From Verrucomicrobiaceae bacterium (GTDB taxonomy: Bacteria; Verrucomicrobiota; Verrucomicrobiia; Verrucomicrobiales; Akkermansiaceae): a stretch of DNA of 64,000 bases. The number at the start of each line of letters is the position of its first letter. Position 1 is the first letter of the stretch. The stretch is taken from positions 63,325-127,324 of the forward strand of contig JBPOGH010000013.1 in NCBI GenBank assembly GCA_051252135.1, in the 5' to 3' direction. Under the pieces are notes generated by a model, which did no database searches, was not told the DNA's origin, and saw only the letters and a list, made by a program, of their open reading frames with translations. Below are positions 10,905 to 20,268 of this stretch, in pieces. The position numbers and the translations under genes are program-made.

Positions 10905-12359
10905 TTACGCGGACCGGCGACGTCCTAAGAGGAAGACCGCACCAATCAATGTAAGAAGTGCCGCGCTTGGCTCCGGAATCGCAACCAAAGATCCCGTCAG
11001 GAAGTAAGCTCCCATATCGAAGTAATCGTTTTCTCCGGGATTGAAGGTTGAGTCCTGCGCATGTCCGCCAAAACTCTTCACTTCAACATAGTAATCACCG
11101 GCCGTCAGGGTCGTAAACAGGTTCGAGATCATGGTGTCCGTCGCCTCGTCACCCGAGGTGATCAGGGTATCCGAAGAGTCATAAAGCGAAATAATGCTTC
11201 GCAGCGTCCCTACCCCGTCAGCCTGACCCGGCACAATGAAGTCCGTACTGTTATTGATTGTCAGATCAAGCTGGGAAGTATCCCCCACCGTAAGGCTGAA
11301 GTAGTCCTTCGTGTAATTGTCCGATCCAATCGGATTGTAACTATTCAGACCATTCGGGACAATGATTCCCTTTGCCGTCGTAAAATCAATATTGGTGCCA
11401 TTAAGACCCAGCACCGTTGCCGTGGCTGGAGTATGACCGATTCCATCATCGACCAGGGTCAACCCGGCATTGGTGCTCAACAGACGAGCCACATCGTTCT
11501 GCTGATGGAGAGAGGTGTTCATGGGGTCTCCGGTATAACTTACTTCTGTATTGGAGTCACCAGAGCGCCAGGTCGTCCGTTGCCGTCCATCGGCATTTCC
11601 CATGATGGGCACATAGGAACCATCACCTCCATTAACGTCTCCGACGGAATATTCGGCGACGTTCGTATTGCCGTTGTAGTCGCCTTGGTGATTCAAGCCA
11701 AAGGCATGACCGTTTTCATGGGATACGATGCGGCCGATGTAGTCGGCATTGATCACTCCACCGTTGTTGGATCCCGCCTGATCCTGGCTCAACATGAAGT
11801 TCGTCCGGGAGCCACTATAGGAGTTGTTTCCACTGGCTACTGCGATCCCCGAAACTCCATCTGCACCCGCAATCCAGGGGCCTGGATTGACGCCGTCGTG
11901 CCCAATCACCCGTTCACCTGATCCAATCACGGTGTGAAGGAAGTTTGCTTTGGTATCATAATAAGCTTGGCGTTGGCTGTCTGACAACGTGTTTCCAGCT
12001 GCCCATGTATCCTTGACCGCCTGCGATTCAGCAGGATCAACCGTGGTAATATTGACATCAAAACCAATGTACGCCTGAGCAGTGGCGGCCCAGAGCTCTT
12101 TAATTTTCTCTTGCTCCGTCGCATTAAAAGTTCCGGTCGCAGAAACATCGTTCAGGGAAGGAGTAAATCCGGGAGTGAGATCTTGCGCCGCTCCCCAATC
12201 GCCATCGTAATTGAAACCCGCGACGTTGAGATAAATTTCATACGCCGCTCCAGGGCGACTGTTAAGCACGGGGACGCCGCCGGTGTGATCCTCAGCAAAA
12301 GCTGAGAACGTGAACATAGCAGTAAGTCCGATGGCTGCGCGGAAATAGCAATTTTTCAT
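10905..12359 (-). CDS. PEP-CTERM-anchored metzincin-like zinc metalloprotease, paralog 2
   Basis: Start MKNCYFRAAIG aligns with paralog 1; HENGHAFGLNH; Met-turn PIMG; IPEP sorting signal. Confidence 0.88.
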   Translation of the reverse strand: MKNCYFRAAIGLTAMFTFSAFAEDHTGGVPVLNSRPGAAYEIYLNVAGFNYDGDWGAAQDLTPGFTPSLNDVSATGTFNATEQEKIKELWAATAQAYIGFDVNITTVDPAESQAVKDTWAAGNTLSDSQRQAYYDTKANFLHTVIGSGERVIGHDGVNPGPWIAGADGVSGIAVASGNNSYSGSRTNFMLSQDQAGSNNGGVINADYIGRIVSHENGHAFGLNHQGDYNGNTNVAEYSVGDVNGGDGSYVPIMGNADGRQRTTWRSGDSNTEVSYTGDPMNTSLHQQNDVARLLSTNAGLTLVDDGIGHTPATATVLGLNGTNIDFTTAKGIIVPNGLNSYNPIGSDNYTKDYFSLTVGDTSQLDLTINNSTDFIVPGQADGVGTLRSIISLYDSSDTLITSGDEATDTMISNLFTTLTAGDYYVEVKSFGGHAQDSTFNPGENDYFDMGAYFLTGSLVAIPEPSAALLTLIGAVFLLGRRRSA

Positions 12360-12473
12360 AATATATTGAATTTGAATTACTGAGGAACAAAACCAGCGAA
12401 AGAGAGAGAGGGGAATTCTCATCTTCGATGAACCACAGGCCCCCTATTATGCATAAGATGATCCGGCAGTATA

Positions 12474-12489
12474 TAAGACCTTGGTCCTA
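12474..12489. promoter_or_regulatory. Palindromic operator TAAGAC-N4-GTCCTA
   Basis: 115 bp upstream of the 12359 start; overlaps the response-regulator stop codon. Confidence 0.7.
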
Positions 12490-13107
12490 TAGTCCCACTT
12501 CAGTCGCCAATCGGACCAACTCGGCAACGGAACCAACTCCCAGTTTGACCATCACCCGCCCCCGGTGCACTTTGATCGTCTTCTCGGCGATCCCCAGATC
12601 AAAGGCGATCTCCTTGTTCATCTGCCCCCTGATCACCCCCAACATCACCTCTCGTTCACGAGGAGTTAATGTCTCCATGCGGCTCTTCACCGCATCTTGT
12701 TCCAAAATCTGCGAGTGCTCCTTTCTGTTGGCTTCCAGAGCCATTTCAATCGCACCCAATAAAACTTCATCCCCACAAGGCTTGCTGAGAAAATCAACTG
12801 CTCCGCTCTTCATCGCTTTTACGCTCGCCGGGATCGTCCCGTTTCCGGAAAGAAAAATAATCGGGATGCGACTCCCCGTCTTCTCGAGCTCTTCCTGCAA
12901 CTCAAGCCCCCCCATCTCCGGCATCGTCAGATCCAGAACCAAACACCCCCTCTTCTCCGAGGAATGCTTCCCCAGAAATTCTCTCGCCGACTGATACATC
13001 TCAACTTCCCAACCGGCCGATCTCACCAAGCGACCCAACGCCCGCAGCACCGACTCATCATCGTCCACCAAAAACACTGTAGCGTCATGTCCACCCGAAC
13101 CCGTCAT
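12487..13107 (-). CDS. FixJ/NarL-family response regulator (REC plus LuxR HTH)
   Basis: VFLVDDD, LVLDLTMP, AMKSGAVDFLSKP, LTPREREV, NKEIA. Confidence 0.95.
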   Translation of the reverse strand: MTGSGGHDATVFLVDDDESVLRALGRLVRSAGWEVEMYQSAREFLGKHSSEKRGCLVLDLTMPEMGGLELQEELEKTGSRIPIIFLSGNGTIPASVKAMKSGAVDFLSKPCGDEVLLGAIEMALEANRKEHSQILEQDAVKSRMETLTPREREVMLGVIRGQMNKEIAFDLGIAEKTIKVHRGRVMVKLGVGSVAELVRLATEVGL

Positions 13108-16100
13108 ACCGGCAAGATAAAGTGAACCGTCGCTCCCGGACCACTGTTATTTTCCGCCCACATCCTCCCACCATGCTCTCTCACAATGTTGCGGCTCAAA
13201 GAGAGACCCAGCCCGAATCCCTGATCCTTGGTCGAATGAAAACTCTCAAAAATCTGAGCCTCATCACCTGTCGGAATCCCATGCCCGCGATCATGCAACG
13301 ACACTTCGATCCCTCCCGTTACTGAGAGCGCGGTAAATATCGTCAGTTTGCGATCCTCAAGAGGAACTCCTTTCATCGCGTCCGCGGCATTGAGCACCAG
13401 ATTGATAATGACTTGCTGAAGCTGAACCCGGTCTCCCTTCACCACCGGCAATCCATCATCAAAAAGAAAAACCACTGTGATCCCCCGATCCTCCAAATCC
13501 CCTTTGACCAGATTCACCACTTCCGCCACCAGCGGGTTGATCTCCAGCTCCTCCGATACAAACTTCTCCTTGTTCAACAATCCGCGCACCCGCTCGATCA
13601 CCTTGCTCGCCCGCTGATCGTCCGCAATGATATCACTCAAAATCTCATCGATCTGCCGTGCATCGAAACCATCCCGCGCCAGAAAACGCTTCGCCGCCTG
13701 GGCGTTGCTCAATATCCCCGTCAGCGGCTGATTGATCTCGTGAGCCAACGATGCCGAAAGTTCACCCAACGTCGCCAATTCGGTCAACTCCGCCGCCCGA
13801 TGGCGCTGACGAACCAACTCCGCATGCTCATTCGCCAGCTTCACATTCATCTCGGAAACCTTCAATCGCGACCGAACCACCAGCCACACCACACCACCAC
13901 CAATCACCACCAAACAAAGCCCCATCAATCCCTGAAACCACTTCGTTTCCCAAAAGGCCGCCTCCACCGTAAAGTCGTAGCTCGCAAACTCCTCACTCCA
14001 CCGCCCGTCCCCCGTTCCCGCATTCACCTCAAAACGATAATCCCCGGCTGCCAGAGAGGGAAAATTCACCTCCCGACGACTCCCAACATCCACCCAGGAG
14101 GGATCCAATTGCGGCACCCGATATCGAAAACGAATCTGATCAGGATTCCGGTAATTGAAGGCTGTAAAATGAAACTCCAAATCTCTCACTCCCGGGGGCA
14201 GAACACGCGTCTTAAACCCCTTCCCCTTCCAGATCACCCGCTCAATGAGGGCCGATTTGGGAATCGCCATCTCAACATACCGATTGGGATCAATCGTCGC
14301 GATGCCAGCCACCGTTGAAAAATAAAGTCTCCCGTCCTCCGCCCGGAGACCTGCCGGATGAAATCCCCCCGGGCAATCCTCAATCTCCAGCCCGTCTTCC
14401 CGGTTCAACAGGGTCGGATGCACCAGCCTCCGCCTCCCGGCCACCACCTCCTCAATCTCCTTCCGCGCCACCCGGTAAATTCCTCGCTGCGTCCCCAGCC
14501 ACAAATTCCCGCCTTCATCCTCCACAATCTGGGTCACCAAACTGTTCTTCAACACTCCCTCGGTTCCCAACGGAATAATCCGGTCCCCAAGTAGACAAAC
14601 CAACCCTCCCCCCCCGGTCCCAATCCATAGGGTCCCGCTCCGATCCTCATACAGGGAAAGCAGCACTTCGGTCGGCAGCCCCTCCCCCTTCCCCCAATTC
14701 CTCAGCCCGTCTTCACTCACATGAAAAAGCCCCCGCCCCCTCGTACTCAACCACCACGCACCCGGCCCCGCGGAAACCAAACCGGAGATCGGCACACCCA
14801 CCGAAATCACCTCCCGATAACTCCCATCCTCAACCGCGATCAACTTACCGGACCTCGTCCCCACAAACATCTTCCCGTCCGTCCCCTCCGCAATCGAAAT
14901 CACTGTCCCGCTGATCGCAAGCTGGTGCACCTCATCGGCATCACCCTCATACCAAATAATCGATCCCGACCCCACGACATAGGTCACCCCCAGTGAATTT
15001 GTCATCCCCGTGAGCGCATTCCGAAGCGGGATATTTTGGGCCTTTTCCAGCCGATCCAAAGGCCCCTTAAAAACCCCATCCCCAAAGGAACAAATGAGAA
15101 AATCACCTGCTCCATCTCGGGCAAACCCATAGATATTCCCATCCGCCTCCACCGGATAATGCATCACCTCCCTCTCCAGCAAGCGGGTCAACCCACCCTC
15201 CCAACATCCCACAAAAAGCAAGTCATCCACCGCAAACAAAGCGCGGATCGAATCACTCGGACTCTTCTCAACTCCGGTCTCAACCCGCTCGAAAAAACCA
15301 TCCTCCATGACATACAGTCCCCTCTCATTCGAACCCGCCCATATCCTGCCTTCGGAATCCTCCGCAAGACAATAGATCGAACTCAACGGAAGACCGTCCC
15401 ATGGCTCAAACTTCTGCCACCGCTCCCCATCAAATTTCAACACCTTCCCGGTTTCAATACTGAGCCAAAGCGCCCCCTCCCGATCGAGCATGAGGGCTCG
15501 CACATACGGGATCAAAACCCCGGTATCGTCCTTCGTAATCTCCCACTTGCCATCGCGCAAATAGAACAGTCCATGCTTCTCAATCCCCACCCACAATCCC
15601 CCTTGGGCATCGGCAGCCATCTCCAGAATTTCCCCTTCCGGCAGGCCCACCTCCTTTCCCACATCAACCAATCCCTTCTCATCGGAAGCAAACTGCAGCC
15701 CCCCGCTGCTCCCAACCCACACCCCGCCATTCCGCGCAGACTCCAAAATCAAGACACTATTGTGGGCCAACCCGTCCTCCGTAGTCAGCGTCCTGAGCTT
15801 CCCATCCTTCATACGCCCCAGGCCGCCACCGAACGTCCCGATCCACAGCCCCCCGTCCTCATCCTTCGACAGGGCCGCAATATCCACCCCCTCCAATCCG
15901 TCCGAAATCCCCAACGTTTCAAAATTCACTCCATCAAAGCGCGCCAACCCACCACGCGTCCCCACCCACAAAAAACCATCGTCCGTCTGCTCAATCGCCA
16001 AAACCGAATTATGCGCGAGACCATCCCCCGTCGTCCAGGACCTCGCCGCCCACCGGTCATCGGATCCTATCACCAAACCACAGGCCAGCACTCCCGCCAT

Positions 16101-16139
16101 CAAGCGAACTAACAAGCGGGAAAATCGACCAGCCACCAC
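13104..16139 (-). CDS. Sensor histidine kinase with periplasmic beta-propeller and Y_Y_Y domain
   Basis: Repeated D..G.LW.GT propeller motifs; FRYR..LD..W; AHEINQPL; QVIINLVLNA; G.GLGLS. Confidence 0.93.
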   Translation of the reverse strand: MVAGRFSRLLVRLMAGVLACGLVIGSDDRWAARSWTTGDGLAHNSVLAIEQTDDGFLWVGTRGGLARFDGVNFETLGISDGLEGVDIAALSKDEDGGLWIGTFGGGLGRMKDGKLRTLTTEDGLAHNSVLILESARNGGVWVGSSGGLQFASDEKGLVDVGKEVGLPEGEILEMAADAQGGLWVGIEKHGLFYLRDGKWEITKDDTGVLIPYVRALMLDREGALWLSIETGKVLKFDGERWQKFEPWDGLPLSSIYCLAEDSEGRIWAGSNERGLYVMEDGFFERVETGVEKSPSDSIRALFAVDDLLFVGCWEGGLTRLLEREVMHYPVEADGNIYGFARDGAGDFLICSFGDGVFKGPLDRLEKAQNIPLRNALTGMTNSLGVTYVVGSGSIIWYEGDADEVHQLAISGTVISIAEGTDGKMFVGTRSGKLIAVEDGSYREVISVGVPISGLVSAGPGAWWLSTRGRGLFHVSEDGLRNWGKGEGLPTEVLLSLYEDRSGTLWIGTGGGGLVCLLGDRIIPLGTEGVLKNSLVTQIVEDEGGNLWLGTQRGIYRVARKEIEEVVAGRRRLVHPTLLNREDGLEIEDCPGGFHPAGLRAEDGRLYFSTVAGIATIDPNRYVEMAIPKSALIERVIWKGKGFKTRVLPPGVRDLEFHFTAFNYRNPDQIRFRYRVPQLDPSWVDVGSRREVNFPSLAAGDYRFEVNAGTGDGRWSEEFASYDFTVEAAFWETKWFQGLMGLCLVVIGGGVVWLVVRSRLKVSEMNVKLANEHAELVRQRHRAAELTELATLGELSASLAHEINQPLTGILSNAQAAKRFLARDGFDARQIDEILSDIIADDQRASKVIERVRGLLNKEKFVSEELEINPLVAEVVNLVKGDLEDRGITVVFLFDDGLPVVKGDRVQLQQVIINLVLNAADAMKGVPLEDRKLTIFTALSVTGGIEVSLHDRGHGIPTGDEAQIFESFHSTKDQGFGLGLSLSRNIVREHGGRMWAENNSGPGATVHFILPV

Positions 16140-16229
16140 TCCACAATCTTATCCTCGATCTAAAAAGCGATCCCGGAATTTCCCAAAAAATGCGCCGTGG
16201 ACCCCCACCGCCATTCAAGCGGACCACCG

Positions 16230-16297
16230 CCCGCGATACTTTTTCGTCAGCCTCTTCGCGCACTCAATCTGCGCCCCCGTCTCCAGACAACACTTCC
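16230..16297 (-). repeat. Duplicated 3' end of the phosphatase gene (copy of 17064-17131), stop codon absent
   Basis: 68 bp with 3 mismatches, all synonymous in the phosphatase frame. Confidence 0.95.
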
Positions 16298-16312
16298 CCC
16301 GCACCCCCGACG

Positions 16313-16399
16313 ACCGGCAACAAACCCCTCCAGCACAAAAAGCCCAAACTCAAAAACAAGGGCCCCCGCCGCAAAACCGGACGCACCGGAAAACGGGAG
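16313..16399 (+). repeat. Duplicated 3' end of the helicase-domain gene (copy of 9021-9107), TAG changed to GAG
   Basis: 87 bp with 2 mismatches. Confidence 0.95.
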
Positions 16400-16469
16400 A
16401 GCAGCCTCTCCTCTTCCCGAAAACAAAGAAGATCGCGACTTCTCCCCCCCTCCCGGGTTTCATCCCCCA

Positions 16470-17054
16470 ATGAAACTCCTCTTCGTCTCCCTCGCCCTCA
16501 TCCTCGCCCACCCCGCCTTCGCTCAAAGGAGCCGGATCGACAACGCCCCCAAGGTCGGCGACCCCATCCCCAAGGTTTCCGCCATCTCCCTCGAAGGACA
16601 AAAAAAGATCGACCTCTCCAAACCGGAAAAGATCACCGTCCTCATCTTCGGCTCCCACACCTGAGGCCCTTTCATGAGGCTGGCCGGGCGCCTGCAATCT
16701 CTCTACGAAGCACACTCAACCCATGCCGACTTCTGGTGGATCTACATTCAGGAAGCACACGCCACCGACGGACGCCGCCCCAGCCAAACCGTCAAAATCC
16801 CCCTTCATAAAACCCTCGAGGACCGTAAAAAAGCCGCCACCGGATGCACCGCCGCCTCAAGCCTCAAGGTCCCCGTCCTCCTCGATGACATGGAGGACTC
16901 CGCCTCCAAAGCCTACTCGGCCCTGCCCGAACGCTTCTTCATCCTCGGAACAGACGGAAAAGTCTCTTACGCCGGAGGCCGCGGCCCAAGAGGGGTTGAT
17001 CTCGACGCCCTCGAAAAACACCTCAAAGAACTCACAACCTCAAAAAAAGAATAA
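16470..17054 (+). CDS. Probable secreted iodothyronine deiodinase-like selenoprotein (TGA 16662-16664 read as Sec)
   Basis: Signal peptide; VLIFGSHT-TGA-GPF matches deiodinase FGSCTUPPF; downstream YIQEAHATDG and DDMED..AYSALPER in the same frame. Confidence 0.88.
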
Positions 17055-17060
17055 CCCACC

Positions 17061-17549
17061 CTACCCGCGATACTTCTTCGTCAGTCGCTTCGCGCACTCA
17101 ATCTGCGCCCCCGTCTCCAGACAACACTTCCGCCTCTCCCGGATCCACATCACCGGATCCGTCCCCTTCGGGATGAACCCCGCCTTCGCACACCAGGCGA
17201 TGATAAACTGCCCGGTACGCCCGCACCCCGCCACACAATGGACCACCACCGGTTCCTTCGCCGCGTGATGCGTGTCCATCAATTCGAGGAACTGCTCAAT
17301 CTGCCGCTCCGATGGCACCCCGTAATCCGGCACATGAAAAAAGTGATAATCCAACCCCTTCGGCACATCCCTCCGGTTGTCGAACTCACAAACATTCACC
17401 ACCGCCCGAATCCCCTCCTCCTCGAAAATATCGAAGACATAAGGATCCGGCCACCAGGAAGCTGCGATCACTCCCTCCACAATCCAGGTAAAAGGCTCGG
17501 TCCGCTCCGGCTGTCCACGCTCCGGCCAATACGACGGTCGAATAGGCAT
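17061..17549 (-). CDS. Dual-specificity / protein-tyrosine phosphatase
   Basis: VVHCVAGCGRTG (CX5R) and VPDYGVP loop. Confidence 0.9.
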   Translation of the reverse strand: MPIRPSYWPERGQPERTEPFTWIVEGVIAASWWPDPYVFDIFEEEGIRAVVNVCEFDNRRDVPKGLDYHFFHVPDYGVPSERQIEQFLELMDTHHAAKEPVVVHCVAGCGRTGQFIIAWCAKAGFIPKGTDPVMWIRERRKCCLETGAQIECAKRLTKKYRG

Positions 17550-17610
17550 GCCCGTTTATCGCACCTCCCCGGCCCGGATCAATCATGCAAATCGGAGAAT
17601 CGTCCCCCTC

Positions 17611-18672
17611 CTATTCAAACTCCAACTCGGAAAGCTTAAGCGCCTCCTTCATCACCTTCTTCCCTTCGGAATTAATGATCGCCAACTCAACAGCCTTCTC
17701 CTCCCAATCGATCTCAATCAGACCGGCATTGAGCTCCCAATAAGACTCGCCCACCCTAAAGGAATTATCGGCCTGGGCCCATGATTTGCTCGTGTGAGAG
17801 AAACCACTGCTCGTGAGATCGTAAAACGGGTAACCCCCAATCTCTTTCTTGGACAACTCCGCAAAATGAACGTCCCCCGAGATCGCAAACGTATGCTCTG
17901 CTTTGTGCTTCTTCAGGAGATCAAAGAGCCTCTTCTGCTCATGCGGAACATTTCCCCAATTTTCCATTCCCTTCTCAAACGATAGCATCTGAATGCTGCT
18001 CGCAATGATACGGAGATCAGCCGGAACCTGAAGCTGCTCATCGAGCCACTTCCACTGGGCCTCTCCCAGAAGCGTTTTCTCCACATCATTCGTCGGCTCA
18101 TACCAACCCACCGTGCCCGCCTTCTTTTCCCCTTTCGCCCGCGGAATCTCATCTCGGAAATACCGCGTATCGAGAAGCAGGATCTGACAGCACTTTCCCT
18201 TCTCCCCAAAAGTATAGGAACCATAAACCCCCTCACGCTTCCGCCGCGGCGAGTCGGCCGGGTCCTTGAAAAAATCGAGGAAAATTCCTTCCGACTCCCG
18301 CCGCATGGAATACGACTTCCCGCCATCATTGATGCCGTAGTCATGATCATCCCAGGTCGCCAGCAGCGTCGTGGCCTCCCGAAGCTTTCCGAACCCCTCC
18401 ACCGCTTCCAACTCACCATACTTTTTCCGAAGAACCTCCATGTCATCGGTATCTCCGTAAATATTGTCACCGAGAAAAATAAACACCTCAGGCTCTTGCT
18501 CGAGCACCACCTCAAACATGGCATCCCTCTGATCCCGGGGATTGTAGCACGAACCAAAGGCAATCGTCTCAACCGCCTTCGCCTGGTGAAAATCAGCCCG
18601 GATTTCACCGTGACTTTGGGAAAGGGAGCCCGACATCAAAAGACCGGACCAGACAAGCGGGCGAAGTTTCAT
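17611..18672 (-). CDS. phoD: Alkaline phosphatase D family protein
   Basis: IAFGSC, LGDNIYGD, TWDDHDY, LLDTRYFR, SGDVH. Confidence 0.9.
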   Translation of the reverse strand: MKLRPLVWSGLLMSGSLSQSHGEIRADFHQAKAVETIAFGSCYNPRDQRDAMFEVVLEQEPEVFIFLGDNIYGDTDDMEVLRKKYGELEAVEGFGKLREATTLLATWDDHDYGINDGGKSYSMRRESEGIFLDFFKDPADSPRRKREGVYGSYTFGEKGKCCQILLLDTRYFRDEIPRAKGEKKAGTVGWYEPTNDVEKTLLGEAQWKWLDEQLQVPADLRIIASSIQMLSFEKGMENWGNVPHEQKRLFDLLKKHKAEHTFAISGDVHFAELSKKEIGGYPFYDLTSSGFSHTSKSWAQADNSFRVGESYWELNAGLIEIDWEEKAVELAIINSEGKKVMKEALKLSELEFE

Positions 18673-18769
18673 TCCCTCCACCCTACGACTTCCGGATTCC
18701 ATGTCGATCTACCAACACACAATCTGAAGAATCCGTTGAAATCAGGACCGCAGCCCCCGTCGCCCCTCC

Positions 18770-19486
18770 CTACCGGTTCAAATAGGTCGGCGTCTTGTGT
18801 TGCGTAAAGAACTCGTCCGTCAACGCCATCATTCCATCCGGATTCCCCGGAAGCGGAGTCGAGTCCGGAGGACGGGGAACATTGCGTCCGATCGTCGCAT
18901 CTTCCGCCTGGGTTTGCGCAATCGATACCGGAGTCCCCACACTCACCAGCCGGTAAAATTTGGGGGCCACATTCTTGTGCATCCTCAGGCATCCACCCGA
19001 AGCGGGATACGGCTTCATCCAACCGGTATGGAATCCATACGCCGACTTAAACTCACACCAATAAGGCATCGGCGTCCCCTTGAATCCCCAACCCGCCGGC
19101 TTGTTCCGCAAATAAACACCGCGCACCGTGTTCCCTTTGATCGCATACCCGTGGGTGTTGGCCCGGTAATAATGATTCTTGCTCCGAATCCGAAAACTCC
19201 CCGATGGCGTCGGGCTGGAACTCTTCCCCACCGTCACCGGCATCACCAGAAGCGGCTTATTCCCCTCCATCACATAGGCCATGCGATTTCTGAGCGACAC
19301 CTTAACCCGAACATTCGATGGATTGCTCGGAAGCGTTGCGGGCAAATCATACGCTTCATAGGCCCGCGCCAGCGAACTCCCCGATCCCGAAACCGAGGTA
19401 CTCGAGCACGAACTGCACAAGAAGCTTGCCGCACAAATGGCGATAATCAGGGGGAGAAGCGCGCGTTTTTTAGGGAGATCGGTCAT
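18770..19486 (-). CDS. L,D-transpeptidase (YkuD) family lipoprotein
   Basis: VTVGK..PTPSGSF, MPYW, YGFHTG, SGGCLRM. Confidence 0.85.
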   Translation of the reverse strand: MTDLPKKRALLPLIIAICAASFLCSSCSSTSVSGSGSSLARAYEAYDLPATLPSNPSNVRVKVSLRNRMAYVMEGNKPLLVMPVTVGKSSSPTPSGSFRIRSKNHYYRANTHGYAIKGNTVRGVYLRNKPAGWGFKGTPMPYWCEFKSAYGFHTGWMKPYPASGGCLRMHKNVAPKFYRLVSVGTPVSIAQTQAEDATIGRNVPRPPDSTPLPGNPDGMMALTDEFFTQHKTPTYLNR

Positions 19487-19606
19487 TCTGGTAAAAGGCT
19501 GGTTTTGCTCATGGAGCACTCGGGATGTTGCGGGAATTCTTCCCATCGCGTCAAGGAACAAGAAATCACGACCCCTAAGGTCACCCCGACACAAGACGGG
19601 TCTTCC

Positions 19607-20113
19607 CTACTTCTTGGCGCGAACCAAGGTCAACTCACCCGTTTGTCCGTTCTCCTCACTGGAAATCGTCACCTTCATCGTATCACCGTCCACCATGTGG
19701 TGCCGGATCTTCATCGTTCCTTTCTCACCCTCACCCGACCGATACTGAAGTTCCAAAATAGCGTCCTCACCATCCATGCTCCACTTTCCAATACTCCCCC
19801 CACCCTTGTTGTCTCCACTCACCGAAAAGACCGCCTCCTTATCAGGATCAAAGGCCATGAGGGACACACTCTTGGTGTCGCCATAGGACGTATTCACCTC
19901 GATCAACTTATCCTCAAACTTCCACGCATAGATCGTCTTGATGACCTCCCCCTTTGTATCGGAATCCACCCAGGTCCCAAGAATCCCCTCCCACCCCGCA
20001 TGGCGAAGGGCATCCCCCAGGTCATCAGCCCGGGCAGACGATGTGACCGCAAAGGCAAGCGCAGCGATCGAGGCAAGGAAGGAACGGCGGAAAAGAGACA
20101 AGTTCGTTTTCAT
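19607..20113 (-). CDS. Hypothetical exported protein
   Basis: 168-aa ORF with RR-containing signal peptide and beta-barrel-like pattern (GTW). Confidence 0.75.
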   Translation of the reverse strand: MKTNLSLFRRSFLASIAALAFAVTSSARADDLGDALRHAGWEGILGTWVDSDTKGEVIKTIYAWKFEDKLIEVNTSYGDTKSVSLMAFDPDKEAVFSVSGDNKGGGSIGKWSMDGEDAILELQYRSGEGEKGTMKIRHHMVDGDTMKVTISSEENGQTGELTLVRAKK

Positions 20114-20268
20114 GGATTGGCCACTGTAGGGACTCCCCCTCTCCTGTGAAGCAGGAAGTCATCACCCTCATCCTCGGGCCATTCTCGGACCTAAAAAACC
20201 GGAATACTCGGTCCTTCTTACTTTGGCCCTTGTGATTCCGGTTTCTCCGCCAGTATGATCGCAGACGC

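Noticed and set aside
9108..16312. Prophage or ICE
   Set aside because: Flanked by direct repeats but contains no integrase, transposase, phage or conjugation genes.
16190..16810. 206-aa ORF containing the helicase tail
   Set aside because: It is a by-product of the duplicated gene ends and overlaps the deiodinase-like gene out of frame.
4342..17054. Alternative genetic code (TGA as Trp or Gly) explaining the in-frame TGAs
   Set aside because: TGA terminates many genes here (for example 58635, 59759, 13104), other genes have no internal TGA, and both cases fall on catalytic Cys/Sec positions.
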